A stretch of 64,000 bases of DNA. Origin: Escherichia coli phage Shin27. Numbering within the stretch: position 1 is the first letter of the stretch; each line of letters begins with the position of its first letter. Shown here piece after piece: positions 50,051-58,699 of this stretch. The stretch lies in sequence record LC788709.1; one strand, written 5' to 3'. A program made the position numbers and the translations under genes. The notes beneath the pieces are model-generated. The model made no database searches, was not told where the DNA came from, and saw only the letters and a program-made list of their open reading frames with translations.

Positions 50051-50650
50051 TTACACTTCTCCATGTTCTTCTGGATGCGGGGCTTGAGCTTTACTACACT
50101 GCTCTTTACGATAATTCGCCAAAATTTCAATACGCTTATTGATTTCTTTGCTGTTGAGATAGATATTCTTATTCTCTTTTACCATATCCTCGATTTCGTC
50201 GACAGAGAAGAACGGAAAGTAAATATCTAGCATCATATCTTCTACAAACTGGTTGTAGGATTCATAGGCTTTCTTGATTTCTTGACCTTTCTCGCAGAAT
50301 CCGCCAGAGAACGTATGTCCCATAAGCGTAGCATGTGGATGTACAACCCAACCGTGGCAAGACAGGAAGATTGTGCAGTAAGCAGAAGCACTAGGACCGA
50401 GCAGGTGTCCAATAACAGTTCCACGACAGTTAGCGATTAGGTTAGATAGTTGTGCAGCAGTATCAACGTAACCACCCGGCCCATTAATCATCAGATTAAT
50501 TTCATCATCTTCACCAGCCTGCATCAGTATCATGGATAGGTCACGATACTCATCCGGTGAGCCTAATTCTTCATCAAAGAAAAAGGTATATTCGTTAGAT
50601 TGGCGAACAGTGTGAAACAGGTTAGTCTTTTCTTCTTTCTTATTAGTCAT
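50051..50650 (-). CDS. ClpP-like serine protease
   Basis: 199-aa ORF; INGPGG, GPSASAY, LMGHTFSGG segments resemble the ClpP core. Confidence 0.55.
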   Translation of the reverse strand: MTNKKEEKTNLFHTVRQSNEYTFFFDEELGSPDEYRDLSMILMQAGEDDEINLMINGPGGYVDTAAQLSNLIANCRGTVIGHLLGPSASAYCTIFLSCHGWVVHPHATLMGHTFSGGFCEKGQEIKKAYESYNQFVEDMMLDIYFPFFSVDEIEDMVKENKNIYLNSKEINKRIEILANYRKEQCSKAQAPHPEEHGEV

Positions 50651-50662
50651 AGTGATCCTTAA

Positions 50663-51415
50663 TTATCCAACTAGTGGTTCTAGTTCTAAGTCACAGAAGT
50701 GGTACACATCGGTACGAAGTGCATCAAGTCCGTTGAAGGTATTCTCAAATTTATGAGAAATGTATTTTTCAGGAATACCGCTTTCAGACGGATGATCTGT
50801 CTCGATGCGATACTTATTAGTAATACCAGATTCAACCTTAATAAGCATGGAATCCATATCTAGAGTATTGGTTTCCATGATTAGCTCTCCCTCATTGGGG
50901 AAACGCACATCGGTAACGATTGCGACGTCTGGGTCGTCTTTATCGATGGATTGCTCCAGAATTATGAGCCAAATGCGTTCATGCACCAGCTGCCTTCCTA
51001 ACTCAGTACCTACAAGCTGTAGCATTTTTCTTGGGGAGATAAATACGCTATACAGCGCATCATCAGCTTGCCCAATTAACTGCTGAGGATCAAGGTATTT
51101 TCCTTCAAAAATCGGCCAAACGTACGAGAAGTCCTCAAACTTATCGATACCATACTTAAACCATACGTCTCTAGCTCGCTCCAATTGAGATTGTGTGACC
51201 GTAAACCATTGGTCAATCTCTTTTCCCCTGCGCTCTCCCAGAAACTCTGGAGTTACCCCGAGGATTACGGATGCAAGTTCGTAAACGGGTTTAGCAAAAC
51301 TGTAACGACGGGATAAACACGTTGGGAACGTGTCATTACACCAGTCAATCATTAATTCTGCAACGGTATCTTTTCCCGCACCAGCCTCACCATGTAAACC
51401 GACTAATACTGACAT
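50663..51415 (-). CDS. deoxynucleoside monophosphate kinase-like P-loop protein
   Basis: 250-aa ORF with N-terminal GEAGAGKDT P-loop as in phage dNMP kinases. Confidence 0.5.
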   Translation of the reverse strand: MSVLVGLHGEAGAGKDTVAELMIDWCNDTFPTCLSRRYSFAKPVYELASVILGVTPEFLGERRGKEIDQWFTVTQSQLERARDVWFKYGIDKFEDFSYVWPIFEGKYLDPQQLIGQADDALYSVFISPRKMLQLVGTELGRQLVHERIWLIILEQSIDKDDPDVAIVTDVRFPNEGELIMETNTLDMDSMLIKVESGITNKYRIETDHPSESGIPEKYISHKFENTFNGLDALRTDVYHFCDLELEPLVG

Positions 51416-51768
51416 TAATCTTTCCTATTTGTAATGGGTGGATAGTAAACTAAGCAACGTTTTTCTTGTAAATCTTGACGATAGAAGCAAACCATACCAG
51501 TCAGTCGTGAAATGTAAGAGTAAACTGCTTCCTCGCATTTTGCTTTTGCATTCCAATCTTTGTAAGGTACAACAACTACTACGCCATCTTCGCCATTCGT
51601 AGCTAATTTCTTTTCGAATTTGAAATCAAAGCTACACGGCTGAAGTCCTTTAGGCCAGTCAACATGGGCTTGCTTTAACTCATGTGAAGGCTCTGGTTTT
51701 ATTTCTTCTGCACAGCCTGTGATTGTGATTGCGGCTGCGAGCAGTACTCCAAGTTTCCAGTTAAGCAT
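51415..51768 (-). CDS. lipoprotein
   Basis: 117-aa ORF with signal peptide and lipobox ITGC. Confidence 0.45.
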   Translation of the reverse strand: MLNWKLGVLLAAAITITGCAEEIKPEPSHELKQAHVDWPKGLQPCSFDFKFEKKLATNGEDGVVVVVPYKDWNAKAKCEEAVYSYISRLTGMVCFYRQDLQEKRCLVYYPPITNRKD

Positions 51769-52148
51769 GCTAATCTTTCCTCGAACTCCTTACTCTGCTT
51801 TTTAGCAATTAATGTAACCAATCCAGGCTTTGCAGCTATAATGTCTTGACGACTAAGTGCTTTATCAAGCTGACTAATTTTCTTGTCTAGATCTGCTTGG
51901 GAAACATTATTCATTGTGAAATACTGATTCATACGAGTTTCACGAAGTTCACTTTCAGCTTTCACATTATTAAGGGAAGTCTCTAGGGACGTAATCTTTT
52001 TAGTAGCTACTGCAAGATCACCTGCTAGAGTCTCAACCTTATTTACTAAGTGATAAGCACCGAATCCGATACCTATCGCAAGACCAGCTCCCAGGATATA
52101 CCACTTACCTTGCCATATTCCTGAAAGAAGTTTTTGTATCAAATCCAT
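51699..52148 (-). CDS. membrane-anchored coiled-coil protein
   Basis: 149-aa ORF; N-terminal TM; overlaps neighbours. Confidence 0.4.
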   Translation of the reverse strand: MDLIQKLLSGIWQGKWYILGAGLAIGIGFGAYHLVNKVETLAGDLAVATKKITSLETSLNNVKAESELRETRMNQYFTMNNVSQADLDKKISQLDKALSRQDIIAAKPGLVTLIAKKQSKEFEERLACLTGNLEYCSQPQSQSQAVQKK

Positions 52149-52803
52149 GTGCTGCTAACCTGTCTTTATCTGATACGGTAATCATATCAGGCTCACCAGT
52201 TCCTAGTACACCGAAGATATACTGTTCGAGAACTTGGTGTAAACGGTATAAGTTACTTTCAATTTCCTGCCACGGAATACCTGACTGGTGGAAACGAATG
52301 TTTGTCTGAATTACGAAGTTACGAACATCATCGTTATCGTTCTTCTTAATACCTTTCACATATGCAATTGGTACGCGCAGTTCAGATAAGATACGTTCTG
52401 CTTTAGGTTTTGCTTCAACCAACATATCTCGCATGGTTTCACGAACATCACCACGATTCTTGTCTAGTAAGTAAGAACGGGCATGTAATCCCATTTCTTC
52501 CATTTTATCAAATACAGCATCGATGTTGAACGTTTTGAAACTGAATGCCGGATGCCAGCAGGACAGCTCATGTAACCAGTAAACTTCACCTGCAATAAAC
52601 AGCGGATTTACTGAGTATTCGAAATCACCACGGAAGGATAAGGAACCTTCACGAAACACCTGACGATTATGAACAATATTCTTTTCTACATCGTCGGTTA
52701 CTTTTACTCGCAGCTCTTCAGTTTTACGCTCCCAGACACGATCTGGATCAAATAAACTATTCTGCAAATCGTATACATCATTGAACTTTGAAATGATTCT
52801 CAT
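52105..52803 (-). CDS. hypothetical protein
   Basis: 232-aa ORF downstream of a T5-type promoter. Confidence 0.5.
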   Translation of the reverse strand: MRIISKFNDVYDLQNSLFDPDRVWERKTEELRVKVTDDVEKNIVHNRQVFREGSLSFRGDFEYSVNPLFIAGEVYWLHELSCWHPAFSFKTFNIDAVFDKMEEMGLHARSYLLDKNRGDVRETMRDMLVEAKPKAERILSELRVPIAYVKGIKKNDNDDVRNFVIQTNIRFHQSGIPWQEIESNLYRLHQVLEQYIFGVLGTGEPDMITVSDKDRLAAHGFDTKTSFRNMAR

Positions 52804-52834
52804 AAATTATCCTTTTGCCTCAATCTATAAACAT

Positions 52835-52863
52835 ATTATACAATACTTGTGGCATCTGAGCAA
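52835..52863 (-). promoter_or_regulatory. T5-type early promoter (TTGCTC-N17-TATAAT)
   Basis: upstream of 52105..52803, after terminator 52876-52913. Confidence 0.5.
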
Positions 52864-52875
52864 CTGAAATTTTAT

Positions 52876-52913
52876 TACAAAAATAGCCCAGTCGCAAAAT
52901 TGCAGGCTGGGCT
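52876..52913 (-). terminator. rho-independent terminator
   Basis: hairpin AGCCCAG...CTGGGCT followed by U-run on minus strand. Confidence 0.5.
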
Positions 52914-52948
52914 TTGTCATTATTATTCTTGCTAGGAGGTGATTATCA

Positions 52949-53338
52949 TCACTCTTGTTTACTTAATTCTCTAGCACGACGTAGCGATCCAGCGGTTCTC
53001 CATAGTTTAATGTCGTCAACAACTTCTTTGTAGGGAGCAATAGTAAGACCTAGCGGCCCCGCTACCAACAGTCCAAAGAAACCAATTACACGCATGTAAA
53101 GCAAGCATTCTTTGGGAGTCATTGACTGGACAGCCTGTCTTTCCTCAGCACTGTCGAACTCGTGTTCTCGATCGTCTAAACGTAGGTACTTAATAAACCA
53201 TTCAGCAGAATATTCATCCAGATGACGAATAACTGCAATAGCATAGCCTAAACCAATAATAAACCATGCTGCTACAATGAATAAAATAAAGCTCATGATA
53301 TCTCCAGTTAAAGTTGAGGTCAGCGACCAACTCACCAC
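52949..53338 (-). CDS. membrane protein
   Basis: 129-aa ORF with 3 TM helices. Confidence 0.45.
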   Translation of the reverse strand: MVSWSLTSTLTGDIMSFILFIVAAWFIIGLGYAIAVIRHLDEYSAEWFIKYLRLDDREHEFDSAEERQAVQSMTPKECLLYMRVIGFFGLLVAGPLGLTIAPYKEVVDDIKLWRTAGSLRRARELSKQE

Positions 53339-53413
53339 TTACCGCACTAAAGGGGCACGACTCCCTTATCCGTAACAGTTGCAGGTGACGCAACTCGGTC
53401 CTACGCGAGTTCT

Positions 53414-53698
53414 TTACTTGCTCTGCATTTCAGCGCGAAACTTTTTCATCTTACGAGTTTTACGGAAGAAGAAGTAAGTAGCTACTGGCCCGAACAAGGT
53501 GTCCATGATAAGCATACCTGACATAATGAATTTGAACATCTTTTCATTGTCAAATTCTGCTAATTCTGGTGGACGATATTTGTTTATAACATAAAGAATA
53601 ACATCTTTATTTTTAGAGATATACAGATCATCAATCAGGCTGTAAATCGCGACAACTGCACCAATAACAAACCACAAAGCAAATGGAGAGATAATCAT
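53414..53698 (-). CDS. membrane protein
   Basis: 94-aa ORF with 2 TM helices. Confidence 0.4.
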   Translation of the reverse strand: MIISPFALWFVIGAVVAIYSLIDDLYISKNKDVILYVINKYRPPELAEFDNEKMFKFIMSGMLIMDTLFGPVATYFFFRKTRKMKKFRAEMQSK

Positions 53699-53988
53699 TT
53701 AAGATCCTTTTCATCAATTAGAATAGTAACAAACAATGGTACACAACCTGGGCACAAATCTTTACCAAACTTTTCCATCACATCCCAAAGTGGTAAAGTA
53801 ATCACACCATTCTTAACTCTAGGATCTGTATACTCAGCTATTCGTTTATTTGCAAAATCAGTAGCTAAATCTGAGTTATGCTCGTAGCTATAATCAGTCC
53901 AGAATTTAACATGATCCTTTCTAAGATATTCTAGTACAGCATCAGTTGCTGGAATCTGTACTAGACTGTTGAGATTTAGCTCTTTCAC
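53695..53988 (-). CDS. hypothetical protein
   Basis: 97-aa ORF. Confidence 0.4.
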   Translation of the reverse strand: MKELNLNSLVQIPATDAVLEYLRKDHVKFWTDYSYEHNSDLATDFANKRIAEYTDPRVKNGVITLPLWDVMEKFGKDLCPGCVPLFVTILIDEKDLK

Positions 53989-54439
53989 GTTCTTCTCTCC
54001 GACGTTTGCGTTCTTTCATCATGTAAGCTGCTACAACTTCATGATAGTAGTCATTAATGTTATCTTCTGGCAAGAAATGTTTAATTGTTTCTAGCTGACA
54101 GATAACACGGTAAAGATGTTTATTTGGTAGACATAGTTTCATGCCCATAACAAATCCAGAGAAGCCTGGAACACTGAACATGGGTTGGGCTTCTACGTTG
54201 CCCTCTGGATTGATACTAAGTTCAATCGAGATGCCCATTTTCATGCTATAAAGCTGACAGCCTTCACCATTGCCAAATCTTGACCAAACAGTGAAGTCCT
54301 CATCTATCTGATCTTGGATTTCTTCGACTGCATGTTTAATTCTAGGGTCTAAATTACTCATCTTCACCTTCAAAGTCGCAGTCATAACGGCAAGTAAAAG
54401 AATCAGAACTATTAGTACGTTGAGTAGTGATTTCACCAC
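53942..54439 (-). CDS. membrane-anchored protein
   Basis: 165-aa ORF with N-terminal TM. Confidence 0.4.
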   Translation of the reverse strand: MVKSLLNVLIVLILLLAVMTATLKVKMSNLDPRIKHAVEEIQDQIDEDFTVWSRFGNGEGCQLYSMKMGISIELSINPEGNVEAQPMFSVPGFSGFVMGMKLCLPNKHLYRVICQLETIKHFLPEDNINDYYHEVVAAYMMKERKRRREERERAKSQQSSTDSSN

Positions 54440-54653
54440 GTTTACTAACAGTAACAGCCGGAGTAGAGAAGTTTTTATTAGTATATATTTCTACTTTGCC
54501 ATTACGTTCTTTTACATCACGTACTTTACCATATTCGGTGGTAATGCCATTCTGCTGAACTTTAACATTACCATTTTTCATAGAAACTTTGGTAGATGCC
54601 AGAGAACCGAAACTAACTGCTGAAATTACTAGAGCAATAATAAACTTATTCAT
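54354..54653 (-). CDS. secreted small protein
   Basis: 99-aa ORF with N-terminal signal peptide. Confidence 0.35.
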   Translation of the reverse strand: MNKFIIALVISAVSFGSLASTKVSMKNGNVKVQQNGITTEYGKVRDVKERNGKVEIYTNKNFSTPAVTVSKRGEITTQRTNSSDSFTCRYDCDFEGEDE

Positions 54654-54925
54654 TATTCTTCTCCTTCACAATCGGAACAGTAGGAACCTTCTTCAGAACG
54701 ATCATGCTCTGGACACCACCAATTACAGTTACCACACTGGAAGACTTCAGCACTACTACAAGTTTCCATTAGAAGATCTTCAATTTCAGTATCTTCCATA
54801 TGTACGCCTTTCTCGGCTAACATTTCCTGAAATACTATAGCAGACTCGAATAAACTATTGCAACTGCCTTGCATATAGGAAACGATGAATATTCTAGCCA
54901 TTTCATTAATTTCTGCTTCTTTCAT
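54653..54925 (-). CDS. Cys-rich zinc-ribbon-like protein
   Basis: 90-aa ORF with CGNCNWWC and CSDC motifs. Confidence 0.4.
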   Translation of the reverse strand: MKEAEINEMARIFIVSYMQGSCNSLFESAIVFQEMLAEKGVHMEDTEIEDLLMETCSSAEVFQCGNCNWWCPEHDRSEEGSYCSDCEGEE

Positions 54926-54955
54926 TTCAAAGCCCTCTCATCAATTTATATAAAT

Positions 54956-54984
54956 ATTATATCAAAAGGAGAGGGTTTTAGCAA
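54956..54984 (-). promoter_or_regulatory. T5-type early promoter (TTGCTA-N17-TATAAT)
   Basis: upstream of 54653..54925. Confidence 0.55.
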
Positions 54985-55001
54985 ATGAATTATTTACGAA
55001 A

Positions 55002-55397
55002 TTAGTCGTAGCACCACCATAACCCACGCTTACGCAGATCATGATCGCGATTATAGTCGTAATTTTCTGGATCTTTCATCACACGATGAAGTTCGCGACG
55101 GTTTCCCTGACGAACCATTTTGTTAGAATGCCACTTAACATTCCTACTAACAGAATCCCACCAGTGCCCATCTTTCTTCTCGTTACGGATGATATTTTCC
55201 TGAATCTCCTTCTCAATTTCATCCCAAGTTTTAGCCCATGCTTCATTGGATCGAACTTGATAATACTTCCACTGCTTACCCTCCCTATCCGTGTAGGTAT
55301 ACGGAATACGGATATTAGTGCTATGAAAATTATAAGTAGAACGATGTGCATCACGCCAGTGACGATCACCAGATTGTTTACGATATGTACGGCTCAT
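55002..55397 (-). CDS. hypothetical basic protein
   Basis: 131-aa ORF, Arg/Lys/Trp-rich. Confidence 0.4.
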   Translation of the reverse strand: MSRTYRKQSGDRHWRDAHRSTYNFHSTNIRIPYTYTDREGKQWKYYQVRSNEAWAKTWDEIEKEIQENIIRNEKKDGHWWDSVSRNVKWHSNKMVRQGNRRELHRVMKDPENYDYNRDHDLRKRGLWWCYD

Positions 55398-55455
55398 ATT
55401 ACCTCCATTAAGTCTTTTAAATTAACTTAATGTGGGCGAACTTCAAAATATAACA

Positions 55456-55641
55456 TCAGTAATCTCCGTTGTTGTTGTATACTACCCCACTGCTCGGGAG
55501 TTCTTCTACTATCACATCCTCGAATTCTATAGAACTTCTATGGTTTCTAGTCAGTTCGATTGCTTCTTCTGCAGTTTCTGCAACGACAATAGCTGTACCA
55601 CCTAACCACAGGCCGCTATAGTTCACTTTAAAAATTTTCAT
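55456..55641 (-). CDS. hypothetical protein
   Basis: 61-aa ORF. Confidence 0.3.
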   Translation of the reverse strand: MKIFKVNYSGLWLGGTAIVVAETAEEAIELTRNHRSSIEFEDVIVEELPSSGVVYNNNGDY

Positions 55642-55659
55642 TTCGAAAATCCTACATAC

Positions 55660-55695
55660 AAGAAAACCCCAGACTACCTATTCAATAGCTGGGGT
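55660..55695 (-). terminator. terminator-like hairpin
   Basis: CCCCAG...CTGGGG stem with large loop flanked by T/A runs. Confidence 0.35.
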
Positions 55696-55705
55696 TTATT
55701 ATTAA

Positions 55706-56005
55706 TTAGATAATTTCGACAATATCCTGAGTTACAAAACCGTCGAATTCATCAGAGATACCACCTGTAAAGGTGATGCCCATAATCATTGCATCCATCT
55801 TTTTAATCTCCGAGATTTTCATGCCTGCTTTACTATTCTTATAGTATTTGCGAGGATTCCCACACATCCAACAAGAACAGATGCAAGGAGTGGTAGTGAT
55901 AATGCCTAACCGCTTAGGACTTTCTTCATGTGGGAAGACTGTCCAATACTTTTTGCGATTGTTTTTCACACGTTGCCGGTGATGGCGTCTTAATGCTCGA
56001 TCCAC
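55706..56005 (-). CDS. Cys-rich small protein
   Basis: 99-aa ORF with CICSCWMC motif. Confidence 0.35.
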   Translation of the reverse strand: MDRALRRHHRQRVKNNRKKYWTVFPHEESPKRLGIITTTPCICSCWMCGNPRKYYKNSKAGMKISEIKKMDAMIMGITFTGGISDEFDGFVTQDIVEII

Positions 56006-56086
56006 ACATTTCTCCTAAAACTTGGGAGATAAATGGAGTTTGCTCGACTACCTTGCGTAGCTGGGAGAAATCGTATCCAAACCCCA

Positions 56087-56455
56087 TTATATCGCCTGAG
56101 TAAATGTACGACTAATAACGTCGTTCTGTTGTTCACGCGTCAATGCGTTAAATCGAACAGCATAGCCAGAGACACGGATGGTCAACTGAGGATATTTTTC
56201 AGGATGTTTCTGTGCATCCAAAAGCTGATCACGGCTTAACACATTGACATTTAGGTGCTGACCACCCTCGACTTGAGGAACCACTTCCACATCTACAATG
56301 CGAAAGGCCTCAGGGTCAAAGTGAGGTGTGATACCTTCTAGATCTTCGACTAGAACTTTCTGTTTAAGTTCACCATCTTTAGAATATAGTTGAATGATCT
56401 GATTGTTATGAACAATGTTAATTACGCCAGACTTAAGACTTTGATATGCTTTCAT
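56087..56455 (-). CDS. grcA: autonomous glycyl radical cofactor (GrcA/YfiD-like)
   Basis: 122-aa ORF; C-terminal [10 protein letters not shown]...[24 protein letters not shown] matches the glycyl-radical signature RVSGY and the E. coli GrcA C-terminus as recalled. Confidence 0.7.
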   Translation of the reverse strand: MKAYQSLKSGVINIVHNNQIIQLYSKDGELKQKVLVEDLEGITPHFDPEAFRIVDVEVVPQVEGGQHLNVNVLSRDQLLDAQKHPEKYPQLTIRVSGYAVRFNALTREQQNDVISRTFTQAI

Positions 56456-56820
56456 TAGATCTCCCTGATGTTAGAATTTGGCTCAGCTTTTTGTTAACCC
56501 AGAAGCAAGATAAAAACTGGAAGGCAGGCTTGCTTATTAAGTGAATACCCGATAATCGCTCGTAGTCCGGCTTGTGGATTGATAGTCCCATTCAGTTTAA
56601 TAAGCACAGGAGCTTTGATTTTAACGTTGCGATCTTCCAGGTCTGTTGCAACTACGTGATTGCTCACGCTAAGACAATGGCTATCTAAAGTCTTAGCTTC
56701 TACATTTATACTCCTGGATAGCATGGAGTTGCAGTCTACTTCCTGCTGTCACGCCCGGCCATTTATAGAATGTGGACTCTCTTCTCAGCAGGATCTGGTA
56801 CAATGACCTGATCCTCTGTT

Positions 56821-56896
56821 TGGTAGTTAGTAGTGGATTTGAACCACTGTAGTCGCTCCGTATGAAGGAGGTGCATAACCACTCTGCCAACTAACT
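56821..56896 (-). tRNA. tRNA-Met(CAT): tRNA with CAT anticodon (Met / initiator / Ile2 not distinguishable)
   Basis: hand fold: 7-bp acceptor, T-loop TTCAAAT, anticodon loop TTCATAC, encoded CCA. Confidence 0.6.
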
Positions 56897-56902
56897 ATAA
56901 TT

Positions 56903-56978
56903 TGGTACTCCGACTTGGGATCGAACCAAGATTTGACGATTATCGGTCGCCTGTTCTAACCGTTTGAACTATCGGAGC
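56903..56978 (-). tRNA. tRNA-Ile(GAT): tRNA-Ile (GAT) candidate
   Basis: hand fold: acceptor GCTCCGA/TCGGAGT, T-loop TTCGATC, anticodon loop CCGATAA (C at position 33), CCA encoded. Confidence 0.5.
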
Positions 56979-56979
56979 A

Positions 56980-57273
56980 TTACATCATTTCGTCTAAGTA
57001 AGAAGTATACTGGTATTTAGCTTCTCCAGTTTTATCTACTTCGACTTCTGTTCTAGGTACTTTTCGTACCAGACCGTGAATCATCTTGTACTGAATAGAC
57101 TTAGATGGTTCGTGATCTTTTGGAAATACTTGTTTAACCGTTACTACTTTGAAGCCTTCACGAGGTGTTAGCACAACAACTTGATCACCTTCTTTTATTT
57201 TCCAAGACTCAGGAAATTCGTAAGTGTAGCGTTGACCACCCGTTTGGAACACGACAGAAAGATAACGTTTCAT
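56980..57273 (-). CDS. hypothetical protein
   Basis: 97-aa ORF between tRNA genes, downstream of a T5-type promoter. Confidence 0.4.
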   Translation of the reverse strand: MKRYLSVVFQTGGQRYTYEFPESWKIKEGDQVVVLTPREGFKVVTVKQVFPKDHEPSKSIQYKMIHGLVRKVPRTEVEVDKTGEAKYQYTSYLDEMM

Positions 57274-57303
57274 TTGGTTTCCCTCTCATTAATTTATGTA
57301 AAT

Positions 57304-57332
57304 ATTATAACAAGAAATAAGAGAGAAGGCAA
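57304..57332 (-). promoter_or_regulatory. T5-type early promoter (TTGCCT-N17-TATAAT)
   Basis: upstream of 56980..57273 and the first tRNAs. Confidence 0.5.
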
Positions 57333-57347
57333 ATGAATTTTTAAATT

Positions 57348-57422
57348 TGGTGCTCCCACCAGGAATCGAACCCGGTTCAGATGCTTACAAGGCAACTGCA
57401 TCGCCAGCAATGCTTTAGGAGC
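57348..57422 (-). tRNA. tRNA-Thr(TGT): tRNA-Thr (TGT)
   Basis: hand fold: acceptor GCTCCTA/TGGGAGC, D-stem GCAT/ATGC, anticodon loop CTTGTAA, T-loop TTCGATT. Confidence 0.6.
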
Positions 57423-57589
57423 AATAAACCCGTTATTTCAACGGAATTTCTTTTTCAAATACAGGAGACTTATCAGACATTACTGTCATAGCCAACTGCT
57501 GTAGAAATTCGAATGAGAGTTTTAAACGTTCTTCACCCAACTCAACCTCAACACACTTCATTTGCTTATCAACCTTTAGCTTTAGATTA

Positions 57590-57811
57590 TCAGCCCTCTT
57601 CGGGTTCTCTTTGCTCAGCTATTGCTAGCCAGTCTGGTAAAAGAAACTTAGTACGAAATTCTTCATATGTTTCTTCTGGATGAAAGCTATAGCCTTGCTT
57701 TTCATCATTTAATAAAACCGAACCGTCTTCCTGTTCATAAGCTCGGTATGTTTCACCAATAATTAAAACTCGTCTATTGGGGTTTTTATTACGAAACTCA
57801 AAAACGTCCAT
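57590..57811 (-). CDS. hypothetical protein
   Basis: 73-aa ORF. Confidence 0.35.
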   Translation of the reverse strand: MDVFEFRNKNPNRRVLIIGETYRAYEQEDGSVLLNDEKQGYSFHPEETYEEFRTKFLLPDWLAIAEQREPEEG

Positions 57812-57826
57812 AACGTTTCCTTAAGT

Positions 57827-57901
57827 TGGTGCGGGATACGAGAGTCGAACTCGTGTCTACTGGTTGGAAGCCAGTTATTCTAGCCACTGAACTAATCACG
57901 C
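57827..57901 (-). tRNA. tRNA-Gly(TCC): tRNA-Gly (TCC)
   Basis: hand fold: anticodon arm ACTGG-CTTCCAA-CCAGT, T-loop TTCGACT, CCA encoded; one acceptor mismatch. Confidence 0.6.
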
Positions 57902-57907
57902 ATAAAT

Positions 57908-57983
57908 TGGCTGGAGAAGGAGGAATCGAACCTACCATTAACGGAGTCAAAGGCCGTTGTGCTAACCGTTACACTACTCTCCA
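57908..57983 (-). tRNA. tRNA-Gln(TTG): tRNA-Gln (TTG)
   Basis: hand fold: U1-A72 acceptor, anticodon loop CTTTGAC, T-loop TTCGATT. Confidence 0.6.
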
Positions 57984-57989
57984 AGTATT

Positions 57990-58065
57990 TGGCTGGGATG
58001 CCACGGATCGAACGTGGAACCTTCGGAGTCAGAGGCCGACGATCTGCCAATTGATCTACATCCCA
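57990..58065 (-). tRNA. tRNA-Gln(CTG): tRNA-Gln (CTG)
   Basis: hand fold: U1-A72 acceptor TGGGATG/CATCCCA, D-stem GATC/GATC, anticodon loop CTCTGAC. Confidence 0.6.
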
Positions 58066-58072
58066 ATAATTT

Positions 58073-58273
58073 TTATTCTACAGGAACCGTGGCAATTGGA
58101 TCTGGTTCTTCTAGACGTTTACCATTATGGTCAACACGAATAATACCACAACCTTCACAGATTACAACAGCACCATAGCCTTCTTTAACTTCGGCTTCTG
58201 TAATCAGACCAGAAAGATCACCAGTATCTTTGCCCCACATATCGATAGAGCATTCTTTGCAGAAATCAGCCAT
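58073..58273 (-). CDS. Cys-rich zinc-ribbon-like small protein
   Basis: 66-aa ORF with CKEC and CEGC pairs. Confidence 0.35.
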   Translation of the reverse strand: MADFCKECSIDMWGKDTGDLSGLITEAEVKEGYGAVVICEGCGIIRVDHNGKRLEEPDPIATVPVE

Positions 58274-58287
58274 ATTTTAGTTCCTGT

Positions 58288-58362
58288 ATAAGTTAATTGG
58301 TGCATCCTCAGGGAATCGAACCCCGATCGTAAAGTTCGTAGCTTTACATTCTTTCCGTTGAA
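58288..58362 (-). tRNA. tRNA-Arg(ACG): tRNA-Arg (ACG)
   Basis: hand fold: anticodon arm TAAAG-CTACGAA-CTTTA, T-loop TTCGATT, CCA encoded. Confidence 0.65.
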
Positions 58363-58367
58363 ATAAG

Positions 58368-58444
58368 GACGCATATTTGGGGTGGCTAGTGGAATTCGAA
58401 TCCACATAGGCCTGATTCACAATCAGGATCATTAACCAATTATG
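58368..58444 (-). tRNA. tRNA-His(GTG): tRNA-His (GTG)
   Basis: hand fold: acceptor GTGGCTA/TAGCCAC, discriminator C, anticodon arm CCTGA-TTGTGAA-TCAGG. Confidence 0.65.
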
Positions 58445-58699
58445 ATATAGCCACAATTGAATACTATTAGGGGATGATCAGTCCTCCATTTGGCCGTCTA
58501 AGGTACCAAAGTTAGTCATTCTGCGCACAGGTTTTTCTCCTGATTCTTTATTGCGAATGCTCTCTAATAATACTCAATTGTGGCGGCTCTCCGAAACTCT
58601 TCTACTCTAGCCTTAGCAGCTTACTCCCGAACGCATGTCGGGAAAGTCTTACTAAGAACATCAAATAGCACCGTTACACTTTGAGCCATTAATGTATCA

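Noticed and set aside
56494-56890. ORFs 56494..56724 (76 aa) and 56693..56890 (65 aa)
   Set aside because: The second overlaps a tRNA gene; the first has no RBS and atypical composition. The region may still hold an unrecognised small gene or RNA.
57826-58143. 105-aa plus-strand ORF, with similar cases at 61425..61619, 61860..62162 and 58773..58970
   Set aside because: They overlap hand-folded minus-strand tRNA genes; the protein sequences are translations of tRNA complements.
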